This document shows, piece by piece, positions 24,170 to 35,910 of a stretch of DNA of 48,881 bases. The stretch comes from Octopus sinensis. Its lineage: Eukaryota. The stretch spans positions 1 through 48,881 of the forward strand of contig NW_021834441.1 of the NCBI RefSeq assembly GCF_006345805.1. The letters run 5' to 3'. Each line of letters begins with the position of its first letter. Position 1 is the stretch's first letter. Made by a program: the position numbers and the translations under genes. The notes beneath the pieces are model-generated. The model was not told the DNA's origin and ran no database searches. It worked only from the letters and a program-made list of their open reading frames with translations.

Positions 24170-25234
24170 GGTGTGTATGTATATAGATGTCGGTGTGTGT
24201 GTGTATACAGATGTCGGTGTGTGTGTATATAGATGTCGGTGTGTGTGTATACAGATGTCGGTGTGTGTGTATACAGATGTCGGTGTGTGTGTGTGTATAA
24301 ATGTCAGTGTGTGTGTATAAATGTCGGTGTGTGTGTATATAGATGTCGGTGTGTGTGTATATAGATGTCGATGTGTGTGTATATAGATGTCGATGTGTGT
24401 GTATATAGATGTCGATGTGTGTGTATATAGATGTCAGTGTGTGTGTATATAGATGTCGGTGTGTGCGTATATAGATCACAGTGTGTGCGTATACAGATGT
24501 CAGTGTGTGTGTATACAGATGTCAGTGTGTGTGTATACAGATGTTGGTGTGTGTGTATATATAGATGTCGGTGTGTGTGTATGCCTGTATATACAGATGT
24601 CGGTGTGTGTGTATGCCTGTATATACAGATGTCGGTGTGTGTGTATATATATTTGTACATGTGTACCTCTATATACAGATGTTAGTGTTTGTATATATAT
24701 ACATTTGGTATGTGTTGTTTGTGCCTGTATATACAGATGTCAGTGTGTGTGTATATACATTTGTATATGTGTACATGTGTATACAGATGTTAGTGTTTGT
24801 ATGTATATACATTTGGTGTGTGTGTGTTTGTGCTTGTATATACAGATGTTGGTGTGTGTGTGTGTATATACATGTGTGTGTATATACATGTGTGTGTGTG
24901 CCCCTGTGTATATAGATGTTGGTGTGTATGTGTACATATGCATGCATGCATGTGTGTGTGTGATTGTGTATGCAAATGTTGGTATATGTGTTTATAACTA
25001 CACACTTTTAGGATGTGTGTGTGTATGTGTGCGACTGTATATACACATATTTGTATATGTGTTTGTATACACACTTGTCTGCATGTGTTTGTGTATGTCT
25101 AAGCACATGTTTGTGTGTGTGTGTGTGTATACACATTGGTATGTGTTTATAAACACATTGATGTGTGTTTGTATATAAAACTGTGTAGATGCATAATGGT
25201 GTGTAGATATATTTGTATGTATATATATATATAT

Positions 25235-25268
<34 letters not shown>

Positions 25269-25270
25269 CT
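24170..25270. repeat. ~20-24 bp minisatellite GTGTGTGTATA(C/T)AGATGTCG decaying into TG/TA repeats
   Basis: Direct inspection. The same unit is also present upstream of the SINE at about 23895-23940. Confidence 0.9.
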
Positions 25271-25360
25271 GTCTAGCTTGTCTTAGAGGAGACTATTATT
25301 GATTATATTAGCTCAGTATTACTACTCTATATGTTAGTGTGTCAATAATAGTGATCATAA

Positions 25361-25637
25361 TACTCTTTTACTTGTTTCAGTCATTTGACTGCGGCCATGC
25401 TGGAGCACCGCCTTTAGTCGAGCAAATCGACCCCGGGACTTATTCTTTGTAAGCCCAGTACTTATTCTATCGGTCTCTTTTCCCGAACCGCTAAGTGACA
25501 GGGACGTAAACACACCAGCATCGGTTGTCAGGCAATGCTAGGGGGACAAACACACACACACACACATACATATATATACATATATATACATATATACGAC
25601 AGGATTCTTTCAGTTTCCGTCTACCAAATCCACTCAT
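25361..25637 (-). mobile_element. SINE family A, 5'-truncated
   Basis: Homology to 8780-9075. Confidence 0.85.
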
Positions 25638-25639
25638 AA

Positions 25640-27110
25640 TATTAATCCTGTCTACGATGGAAATTTTGGGTAGGAGTAAATTGATTGCATTGACCCTCAG
25701 TGCGCAGCTGGTACTTATTTTACTGACCCCAAAATGATGAAAGGGAAAGTCAACCCTGGTAGTATTTGATCTCAGAATGTAAAGTTGGAAAAAATGCCAC
25801 AAAGCATTTTGTCCAGTATGGTAACCACTCTGCCAACTTACCCTGTTAATAATAATAATAATAATAATAATAATTATTATTATTATTATCATTGAGTGAG
25901 AGAGCAGTTCATGCCATCAAAGTGACACTGGGGTAAAATATACGAAGCCCAGTATACCCATCATGACTACCCGTCTGATAAAGGTACATCAGGCACATGC
26001 ATCACAACCATATGTGCGCGACATGGTGATCTCATATCAAGATAAACAGCACATGACCTTGCAGGTGGGGCCCAGTTAGAATTTTCTTCAGGTTGAGTAG
26101 CCCATCTATTATTATTATTATTATTATTTCTACTCTAGGCACAAGGCCATGAAAGTTTTGGGGTATTGGAGCTAGTTGATTATATCGACTCCAGTGCGTA
26201 ACTGGTACTTATTTTGTCGACTTCGCAAGGATGAAAGTCATAGTCGACTTCGGCGGAATTTGAACTCATAATGTAGCGGCAGACGAAATAATGTGAAGCG
26301 TTTTGCCTGGCCTGCTAACGATTCTGTCAGATCGCTACCTTGTTAATAATAATAATAATAATCCTTTCTACTATAGGCATAAGACCTGAAATTTGGGGGT
26401 GGGGGATAGTTGACTACATCGACCCCAGTACTCAACTGGTACCTACTTTATTGACCCCGGAAGTTTGAAAGGCAAAGTCAACCTTGGCGGAATTTGAACT
26501 GAGGAAGTGAAGACGGATGAAACGTTGGTAACCATTTAGCTCAGAGTCCTAACGATTCTGCCAGCTCAGTGCCTTCTAATAGCAACAAACAAACAACAAA
26601 CAGTAATAATAATAAATTAATGGTTTAAAATTTCGGCATAATGCTAGTAAATTTGAGGGAAGGAGTAAGTTGGTGGAATTTGAACTCAGATTGTAAAGTT
26701 GGGAAAAATACGTATTTCTTTACTACCTACAAGGGGCTAAACATAGAGGGGACAAAGAAGGACAGACATAGGTATTAAGTCGATTACATCGACCCCAGTG
26801 CGTAACAGGTACTTAATTTATCGATCCCGAAAGGATGAAAGGCAAAGTCGACCTCGGCAGAATTTGAACTCACAACGTAACGGCAGACGAAATACTGCAA
26901 AGCATTTTACCTGGCGCCTTAAGCATTTTGTCCAGGGTGGTAACGGCTCCGCCCATGTACCGTCTTTATGAGAATAATAATGATTTCAAATTTTGATTAT
27001 AAGGCCAGTGATATAGAGGGAGGAGGCAAATTGATTACTTTGACCCCATTGCACAACTGGTACTTCTTTCATCGACGCCGAAAGGACAAACTCCAAAATT
27101 GACCTCTATG
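25640..27110 (-). mobile_element. Pile-up of five or more degenerate family B SINEs separated by (AAT)n, plus an (AAT)-targeted element at 25893-26107
   Basis: Repeated GACCCC...GGATGAAAG(G/T)CAAAGTC cores at about 25725, 26220, 26455, 26825 and 27075. Confidence 0.8.
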
Positions 27111-27607
27111 CTATCTTAACCTAGAGACAAGGACGTGGATCGTATGAGTGTCAGGCCTGGATTGATTAGCAAAGTTTGACTTGCTTCGGATTTTAATAAT
27201 ATTGATTTTGGTGCGAGCAATGGATTGTCGGAATCGTTAATGAGATGGACTGGAACTAAATTGCATTGTGGTATTCTGTTGCAGTTTTTTTTTTGTGTTC
27301 GAATCTCATTAAGACCCACTTCGCCCTTCTTTGTTTAGATTTCAATGAAACAGAAGTATTAATTTGAGTACTGGCTTCGTCTAATTGTCTTTCCATTTGC
27401 CTAATTTCGTGGCCTTGAGTTAATGCTTTAAAGCGACCGAAATAATGAAGACGTACATGCACAGACGTGGCTGTGTGTTGAGAAACGTGCTTCCCAACCT
27501 CATGATTCTAGGTTCAGTCCCACATGGGCAAGTGTCTTCTGCTACAGTCTCAGGCTGACCAAATCCTTGTGAGTGGATTTGGTAAGTGGAAAATGAACGA
27601 AGCTTGT

Positions 27608-27642
<35 letters not shown>

Positions 27643-27702
27643 TATATATATATATATATATATTATATTATATATATATATATTTGCTTTTCAATGTGTG
27701 AC

Positions 27703-27912
27703 CTCATGAGTGCGCTGGGTAGCGCTGGCGATTTTTTTTTTTTTTCTCTGTCTTCCCTTCTCGGGATCTTTCCCTCTCTATGTTTCCGACGAAGAGCTCC
27801 GCTTGGAACGTCAAACCCGCCTTCTTTCCTTCTTTCCTTAGCGTCCAATAATACTTTATTGTTCCACGTCCTCGCATTGTTGTGTTTCTTTGGTTTTTTT
27901 GTTTTGGATTAA
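27703..27912 (+). mobile_element. Short (TA)n-flanked element with a hammerhead motif (Penelope/retrozyme-like)
   Basis: Unique ~210 bp between TA arrays. Contains the HHR at 27782-27816. Confidence 0.5.
27782..27816 (+). ncRNA. Minimal type-I hammerhead motif (degenerate: U4>C, GAAA>GGAA)
   Basis: GTTT-CCGACGA-A-GAGC-TCC-GCTT-GGAA-CGTC-AAAC. Stem I GTTT/AAAC, stem II GAGC/GCTT, GUC triplet. Confidence 0.5.
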
Positions 27913-27962
27913 CTATATATATATATATATATATATATACTATTATAATATATATATATATA

Positions 27963-28280
27963 TTTCTTTATTGCCCACAGGGGGCTAAACACAGAAGGGA
28001 CAAACAAGGACATATGTATATATATATATATATAATATATCTATATATGATATATATATATATATATATATTTTTGCTTTATTGGCCCACAGGGGGCTAA
28101 ACACAGAGGGGACAAACAAGGACAGACAAAGGGATTAAGTCGATTACATCGACCCCAGTGCATAACTGGTACTTATTTAATCGACCCTGAAAGGATGAAA
28201 GGCAAAGTCGACTACGACTGAATTCGAACTCAGAACTTAACGGCAGACGTAATACCGCTAAGCATTTCGCCAGGTGTGCT
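27963..28280 (-). mobile_element. SINE family B with a locally duplicated 3' tail
   Basis: CCCACAGGGGGCTAAACACAGA...CAAACAAGGACA occurs at about 27975 and 28086. Confidence 0.85.
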
Positions 28281-28873
28281 AACGATTCTGCCAGGTTGCA
28301 TATATGCTTGTGTATGTGTGAGCATTCAGATGTTACTTCAGGTTGGGCAGCATTGACCCCCCCAACTCCTTAACAACAATAGAAGCAACCTTTGTTTGAC
28401 CCTGTGGTACTCATCCATCCTTATTTTAATTTTAATTCCATTTTAATTGCATACAACATCTTGTTTCTGAACAAGGTCTATTCTGTAAATTTTTATGCTT
28501 GTTGCTGAGATTTTTATTGTCCAATTATATTTTTTATTATTTTTCAGCTTACATTAATATTTATGTAATTTTGTGTTCCGTTCAATAGCCTTTTTTCCTT
28601 TATCCTAGTATATACTGCTATTTTGAATAGTAGTTACCCAATTGTCTTTAAATATTTATTTAATTAAGTCGGTATTCATGAATACTTACAAATACTGTAT
28701 TGTTTTATATACTCAAAACTGCCTGACAAACTCTGAGTAACAGTTTGTGAAGTGTTTTTAGCTGCAATAAACCAATATATTACCTACTTAGCAGGACCCT
28801 TGAATATTTCACAGAATTAATGATAAACTTATTGGGTTATTCCTGAAAACTTTATCTAAAAATCCTGAAAGTT

Positions 28874-29270
28874 ATTTCTTTACTGCCCACAAGGGGCTAA
28901 ACACAGAGGGGACAAACAAGGACAGACAAAGGGATTAAGTCGATTACATCGACCCCAGTGCATACTGGTACTTATGTGACACTGCATGGGTGCTTGCATG
29001 TGGCACTGTCACACATGTTTTGCACCACTGGAAGGACCAGTCTTAACGCTTCTGCTGCTGAGAATGGCTCTTCTTAAGTACAGCAAGGCACCAGGCATCT
29101 TGGTCCTTTGTAATCCGGCCTGAAAGGTTCAGCATCCAGAGGTCATTCTTCAGTACTTCATCCCATGTCTTCCTGGGTTTCCCTCCTTCCATGTGTTCCA
29201 TCCACTTTGAGAGATCGGCTCTTCTTTACAGGGCTATCGGCATCTGTTTGCTCTGCATACCCCCACTCAG
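28874..29270 (-). mobile_element. Family B tail fragment plus a degenerate RTE 3' fragment
   Basis: Minus strand at about 29080-29235 gives ...KPRKTWDEVLKNDLWMLNL...KDQDAW. Confidence 0.6.
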
Positions 29271-30242
29271 AGGAGAGTGCTTTTTAGTCCTATGAGGTAC
29301 ATGGCAACCTCACTAGTGCTGGTGCTCAAAAAGAGAAAAACAAAAAAAAAAAAAAAGGACACTATATTGTGACTGGTTTTAGGAAGGGCATCCAGGTTGT
29401 AGAAGTCATGCCGGAGTAACCATTAAAGCTTTATGAAGTCCTCATGCTCATCAGATCCTGTCAAACCATGTAATCCATGACAACATAGAAGGTGTATGTT
29501 AAATGATGATTATGAAGTGTGTGTGTGTATAAATATTCATGAATGTTTGCATCATACAGGTTTTCTTGAGTGGAATGGTGATGAAATATTTACATTCCTT
29601 TTTGGCATTATGACCAGTTGCTCTGCACTTTCAAAGACCACTGAGATGAAAACCTCCTGACTTGAAAAACAGATAAGGGTCGGCAGCAGGAAGAGCATCC
29701 AGTCATAAAATCATGTGCAGGCTACCATTGGTTTCATGTAAGGAATCGCTTCTATGTCATTCTGTGCAGAATTTGGTGAATGTGAAATAATCACAGGCCT
29801 TGCATTTGAGTAATTGTGTGACATGAAACCCCTAAATACACAGCATTTGTTACAAGAGTAGACACTAAGGGCAAATCATGCTCCTCGTTGTCATCGCTTG
29901 TGTTGGTGCCACATAAAAAGCACCGAGTCCACTCTGCAGAGTGGTTGGAGTTGGGAAGGGCATCCAGCCGTAAAAACCCTGCCAAAATAGACACAGTGCC
30001 TGGGGTAGTCCATCCTACTTACGCATGGATGGATGATGATGATGATCATGATATATATATATATATATTCTTTTACTTGTTTCAATTATTTGACTGTGGC
30101 CATGCTGGAGCACCGCCTGGAGGGGTTTTTGTTGAACAAATCGACCCCGGGACTTTTTAAGCCTAGTACTTATTCTATCAGTCTCTTTTGCTGAACCGCT
30201 AAGTTACAGGGACAAACACACCAACACCAGTTGTCAAGTGGT

Positions 30243-30420
30243 AGCTCCTACACGCATTTTTTCTCTCCTTGTTTCTTTTCTGTGTATCTTTCTGTCGAAG
30301 AGCGTAGGCTCGAAACGTAAAAGACTTGTTTTATTTATATTCCTGAGCGCCATACTAATACATTTGTTTGTTTGTACTCCACCTGCCTTCGTTTTTTGTT
30401 TATTTTCGTAAAGCTTCCCG
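30243..30420 (+). mobile_element. Short element with a hammerhead motif, followed by (TA)n
   Basis: Layout is like 27703-27912: pyrimidine run, HHR, CCTGAGCG..TAATAC motif, then TA array. Confidence 0.5.
30287..30324 (+). ncRNA. Minimal type-I hammerhead motif (single core deviation A6>U)
   Basis: TCTTT-CTGTCGA-A-GAGC-GTAG-GCTC-GAAA-CGTA-AAAGA. Perfect stems I and II, ACGT palindrome, GUA triplet. Confidence 0.65.
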
Positions 30421-30455
<35 letters not shown>

Positions 30456-30629
30456 TTATATATAATATATATATATATACGCACACATACTTGCTTTTGC
30501 TGCCGAACCGGTGTTGGTTTGTTTATGTACATGTGACTTTGCTGTTCGTCAAAATAGACCAATAAGCAGTGCTGCACTTTAGTGATTGAAGCAAGTGAAA
30601 GATAAGATACACACACACACACATACACG

Positions 30630-30635
30630 TGTAGA

Positions 30636-30671
<36 letters not shown>

Positions 30672-30708
30672 TAGACAGACAGATAGACAGACAGATAGAC
30701 AGACAGAC

Positions 30709-30805
<97 letters not shown>
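30630..30805. repeat. (AGAT)n to (AGAC)n array
   Basis: Direct inspection. Confidence 0.95.
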
Positions 30806-31366
30806 CGTCCTGTTTCGCTTTTAAACGTTACAATTCCCTTCCCTCCCGTCTGGCTGTCTTCCCCAGTAACCCCCCCCTCACCAATTTTATTCAATTCCTG
30901 CTTGACATGTCTTGTGGTGCCTTCTTCTCTCGTTGCAGTCGCATTTGTAATTGTGGTTGTGTCAAGTCTTTGGGCTTCGCTCTCACTGGGGAAGACATCG
31001 ACGCAAGACTTTCCAACTATGACCACGCTCTCCTATTGTTGCGTGACTACGCACTCTCCTTCCTGTATGACCCCCTCTCTTTTTTTCCAAGACAGTAAAT
31101 GATGTCTAGGCGGGGTGGGGGGGGTAGATAGTTGTTCGAATATGAATGTCTGTGCGTGTATGTATGTGTGTGTGTGTGATTTAGTTGTTGTTTCTAGCAG
31201 ATCTGGTGACCTCGTAAAGACTCTGTTGTCTGTCTGCCTTATCAAGTTATTCATCTATTAAACTATCGATCCGCTAAGCCCTGTATCTGTCAGTCTATCA
31301 GCCCATTGCTTATCTGCCCGTCTATCTATCTATCTAACTAATCTATTTATCCATCCATCGATACAC

Positions 31367-31536
31367 ATACAGGAGTGGCTGTGTGGTAAGTAGCTTGCTA
31401 ACCAACCACATGGTTCCGGGTTCAATCCCACTGCGTGGCATCTTGGGCAAGTGTCTTCTGCTATAGCCCCGGGCCGACCAAAGCCTTGTGAGTGGATTTG
31501 GTAGACGGAAACTGAAAAAAGCCTGTTGTATATATG

Positions 31537-31569
<33 letters not shown>

Positions 31570-31992
31570 ATATGTTTGTGTGTCTGTGTTTGTCCCCCTA
31601 GCATTGCTTGACAACCGATGCTGGTGTGTTTACGTCCCCGTCACTTAGCTGTTCGGCAAAAAGCGACCGATAGAATAAGTACTGGGCTTACTAAAAAGAA
31701 TAAGTCCCGGGGTCGAGTTGCTCGACTAAAGGCGGTGCTCACTTAGCTGTTCGGCAAAAAGCGACCGATAGAATAAGTACTGGGCTTACAAAAAAGAATA
31801 AGTCCCGGGGTCGAGTTGCTCGACTAAAGGCGGTGCTCACTTAGCTGTTCGGCAAAAAGAGACCGATAGAATAAGTACTGGGCTTACAAAAAAGAATAAG
31901 TCCCGGGGGGGGGGTCGAGTTGCTCGACTAAAAGGCGGTGCTCCAGCATGGCCGCAGTCAAATGACTGAAACAAGTAAAAGAGTAAAAGAGT
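31367..31992 (+). mobile_element. SINE family A with an internal 98-bp triplication
   Basis: CACTTAGCTGTTCGG starts at 31642, 31740 and 31838. Confidence 0.92.
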
Positions 31993-32129
31993 AAGAGAGA
32001 GAGAGAGTATACTGTTCGATTACTTGCTAACTATCTATCCATCTATAACAGATACTTTTTCTGCCTTCCACTCCATCCCTCGCCTGCCTCTTCCGGCAAT
32101 AGAAAAGATATTCTCTTCCCCAGCCATTA

Positions 32130-32840
32130 ATTTCTCCTCCCACTTCTCTCTGTTCTCTTCTTCATTACCTCTCACTCCCCCCCTCACTCGTTACCTTACT
32201 ATCTTTCACTTTTCTTTTCTAGCTCCTCCTCCTACTGCTACTACTCTGTCTTTATCTCTCTCTCTCTCTCTCCTCACGCAATTTTCTTCACCCTCCCTCT
32301 ATATAACCTATCCTGCCATTCCCATTTTTATCTCTGTCATCTGCATAATTCTCACTCTCTCACATTACTACCCTTTCTCCTCTCTCTCTCTCTTAGTGTC
32401 TTATCCGGCCTTTCCCCAGCTTTCTCTCTCTCTCTCTCTGTCGTCTACATTATCCCTCACTTCTCACCATACTGTCTTTCACTTTTCATTTCTCTTTCAT
32501 ATTACTCTTTCCCTTCTCACTATATTCTTTCTCTCTTTCATCCCACCACTTCCCTTCTCTCTCTCTCTTGTTTACTACCTCTCCCATTTCTTCTCTCTCT
32601 ATCCCTCTTCCCTTTCTCTCTCTCACTCTTCTCTTTCCTTTTCTCTCTCACTCTTTTCTTTCTCTCCTCTTTCCTTTACTCTCTCTCTTCTCTCCCTTTC
32701 TCTATCTCTCTTCTTTTTCTCTCTCACTCTTTTCTTTCTCCCCTCTTTCCATTACTCTCTCTCCCTCCTCTCCCCCCCCCTCTCTCTCTCTCTCTCCTCT
32801 CTCCCTTTCGCCTGCTCTATTTCTTTCTCTCTCTCTCTCC
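32130..32840. repeat. ~700-bp CT-rich polypyrimidine tract
   Basis: Direct inspection. The Leu/Ser/Phe ORFs are its translation. Confidence 0.9.
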
Positions 32841-33194
32841 CCGTTTAGCTACTTTCACTGCTGTCAGCCCGTAGTTCAAATTATTATATCGATTTGCTAT
32901 TGTTATTCCTTTCTCCCCCTCCCCCCTACTGGTGTGTGTGTGTGCGGGGGGGCGGTTGTAGGTCGGCGGTGTGTTGGCTGCGGATGTTTACGGTTGACTG
33001 CCTCACGACACACGCACGCACGCACACACACATAACACGCATACAATCTGCAAATACACACATATGTACACGTGTTTGTGTATATCTACACATACACACA
33101 CACACATATATAGATATATAGTTTTATTGGTTTCAGCCTCTGGCTGAGACCACATCGAGGCATATATATATATATATACATATATATATATGTG

Positions 33195-33238
<44 letters not shown>

Positions 33239-33246
33239 TATGTATG

Positions 33247-33465
33247 CTCTTTACTCTTTTACTTGTTTCAGTCATTTGACTGCGGCCATGCTGGAGCACC
33301 GCCTTTAATCGAGCAACTCGACCCCCGGGACTTATTCTTTTTTGTAAGCCCAGTACTTACTCTATCGGTCTCTTTTGCCGAACCGCTAAGTAACGGGGAT
33401 ATAAACACACCAGCATCGGTTGTCAAGCAATGCTAGAGGGACAAACACAGACACACACACACACA

Positions 33466-33519
<54 letters not shown>

Positions 33520-33676
33520 TACGACGGACTTCTTTCAGTTTCCGTCTACCAAATCCACTCACAAGGCTTTGGTCGACCCGAGGCTATAGTAAAAGACACT
33601 TGCCCAAGGTGCCACGCAGTGGGACTGAACCCGGAACCATGTGGTTGGTCAACAAGCTACTTACCACACAGCCACT
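33247..33676 (-). mobile_element. SINE family A, near full length
   Basis: Homology to 8780-9199. Confidence 0.9.
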
Positions 33677-33798
33677 ATGTATATTATTCTCAAACATGAA
33701 TATTGTTGATAGTGACTTCGAAGTCTCGGCCTATTAAGACATGGTCGGACTGTCCTTAACTGGCCGAAACTTCGAGGCCATTGTCAGGAACAATCTCG

Positions 33799-34191
33799 GG
33801 ATCTTTTCGGTTTGAATGTCATATGAAATTGTCACCCATAATTATGACCCTAGTATCGATCTATTGCATTTCAATCAGTTTTAGGGTTAGGGGTGGGGGG
33901 GAAGGGTATCTTTTTTTCTTCAGAAATGTAAATAAACCCAATCTGTTTCTTAAACGAGGGACATATTCATACAGCACTGGATGTTTTTTACCTCAATGGA
34001 CGTCATTGATTGGTTGAAATTGCAGAAATTGAAGAAAAAAAACAACAAATATCATACAAACCATAGAATTTTCTCAATAAAGCCAAGAGAAAAAGATGTT
34101 TTATAAACACATTCTACCAGTATATGAAGTTTAAAATTTTTTAGTTACATAGAAATTATGTTAAAAACTGCCGTTCAAACTGAAAAGATCC
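33799..34191. mobile_element. Merlin-like MITE with an 8-bp TSD
   Basis: TSD CAATCTCG at 33791-33798 and 34192-34199. TIRs GGATCTTTTCGGTTTGAA / TTCAAACTGAAAAGATCC. A second truncated copy starts at 42710. GG termini plus an 8-bp TSD fit Merlin; hAT is not excluded. Confidence 0.8.
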
Positions 34192-34314
34192 CAATCTCGT
34201 TTAAGAATGATAAATTTGTGCTCTATGAAAGTGACCCATTAGATTAATGTCAAATTTTTTGATTATAAACTTAATTTTAAAAAAAGCATTAACAATATAT
34301 ATAATAATATATAT

Positions 34315-34346
<32 letters not shown>

Positions 34347-34348
<2 letters not shown>

Positions 34349-34744
34349 GGCGCAGGAGTGGCTTTGTGGTAAGTAGCTTGCTAACCAACCACATGGATAT
34401 GGGTTCAGTCCCACTGCGTGGCAACTTGGGCAAGTGTCTTCTACTATAGCCTCGGGCCGACCAAAGCCTTGAGTGGATTTGGTAGACGGAAACTGAAAGA
34501 AGCCTGTCGTATATATGTATATATATATGTGTGTGTGTGTTTGTGTGTCTGTGTTTGTCCCCCTAGCATTGCTTGACAACCGATGCTGGTGTGTTTATGT
34601 CCCCGTTATCTAGCGGTTCGGCAAACGAGAGCAATAGAATAAGTACTGGGCTTACAAAAGAATAAGTCCCGGGGTCGAGTTGCCCGATGAAAGGCGGTGC
34701 TCCAGCATGGCCGCAGTCAAATGACTGAAACAAGCAAAAGAGTA
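34347..34744 (+). mobile_element. SINE family A, full length
   Basis: AGGCGCAGGAGTGGC head through the AAAAGAGTA tail. Confidence 0.9.
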
Positions 34745-34899
34745 TATATATATATATAATATATATATATACACACACGCACACACACATATACACTCGG
34801 TATATGCATCTATTTCCAGTTATGTAATAAGTTAGATGTTCTTGGGAACTTGAGTGATAAGCAGGGCTCGTATCTCTTTGCTATCAGTTACACGCAATT

Positions 34900-35570
34900 C
34901 ATGCATACACACGAACAACGTATTTGTGTGTATGCATGTGTGTGTGTGTATATATGTATGTGCGTATGTGTGTGTATGTATCTATGTGTGTATACATATG
35001 TGTATGTATGTATCTATGTGTTTGTATGTGTATATATGTGTGTGTGTATATATATATATATATATACACACATATATGTGTATATGTGTGTGTGTGTATA
35101 AATACACATGTCCGTGTGTGTTTGTATGTGTGTATGTATATATACACATATATGTCTGTGTGTTTGTATGTGTGTATATGTGTGTGGTGTGTGTATAAAT
35201 ACACATGTCCGTGTGTGTTTGTATGTGTGTATGTATATATACACATATATGTCTGTGTGTTTGTATGTGTGTATATGTGTGTGTGTGTGTATAAATACAC
35301 ATGTCCGTGTGTGTTTGTATGTGTGTATGTATATATACACATATATGTCTGTTTGTATGTGTGTATATGTGTGTGTATGCATATATACAGATATATGTCT
35401 GTGTTTGTATGTGTGTATATACATATATATGTATATACATACATACAAACACAGACATATATCTGTATATGTATGTGTATATGTTTATGTGTGTGTGTCT
35501 ATGTGTGCATACATGTATGTACGTGTCTATATATATATGTGTGTGTGTGTGTGTATAAGATAGATATATC
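34900..35570. repeat. TG/TA array with three ~96-bp higher-order units
   Basis: AAATACACATGTCCG at about 35100, 35197 and 35293. Confidence 0.9.
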
Positions 35571-35692
35571 TACACACATATGTACGTTGTTAATGTACAC
35601 ACATTTATATCTCCATGTCTGCTCGTATATACCCCTACAGATACACACGCACATAGCACACACGTACATACATTTACACTCATACATATATA

Positions 35693-35910
35693 TTTCTTTA
35701 CTACCCACAAGGGGCTAAACATAGAGGGGTCAAACAAGGACAGACAAAGGGATTAAGTTGATTACATCGACCCCAGTGCGAAACTGGTACTTTATTTATC
35801 ACCCTGAAAGGATGAAAGGCAAAGTCGACCTCGGCGGAATTTGAACTGATAACGTAACGTCAGACGAAATACCGCTAAGCATTTCGCCCGGCGTGCTAAC
35901 GTTTCTGCTT
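35693..35910 (-). mobile_element. SINE family B, near full length
   Basis: Homology to 23939-24169. Confidence 0.9.

Noticed and set aside
32024-32848. 274-aa hydrophobic Leu/Ser/Phe ORF resembling a membrane protein
   Set aside because: It is the translation of the CT-rich tract.
33882-33895. Interstitial telomere (TTAGGG)
   Set aside because: Only about two imperfect units, inside a MITE.
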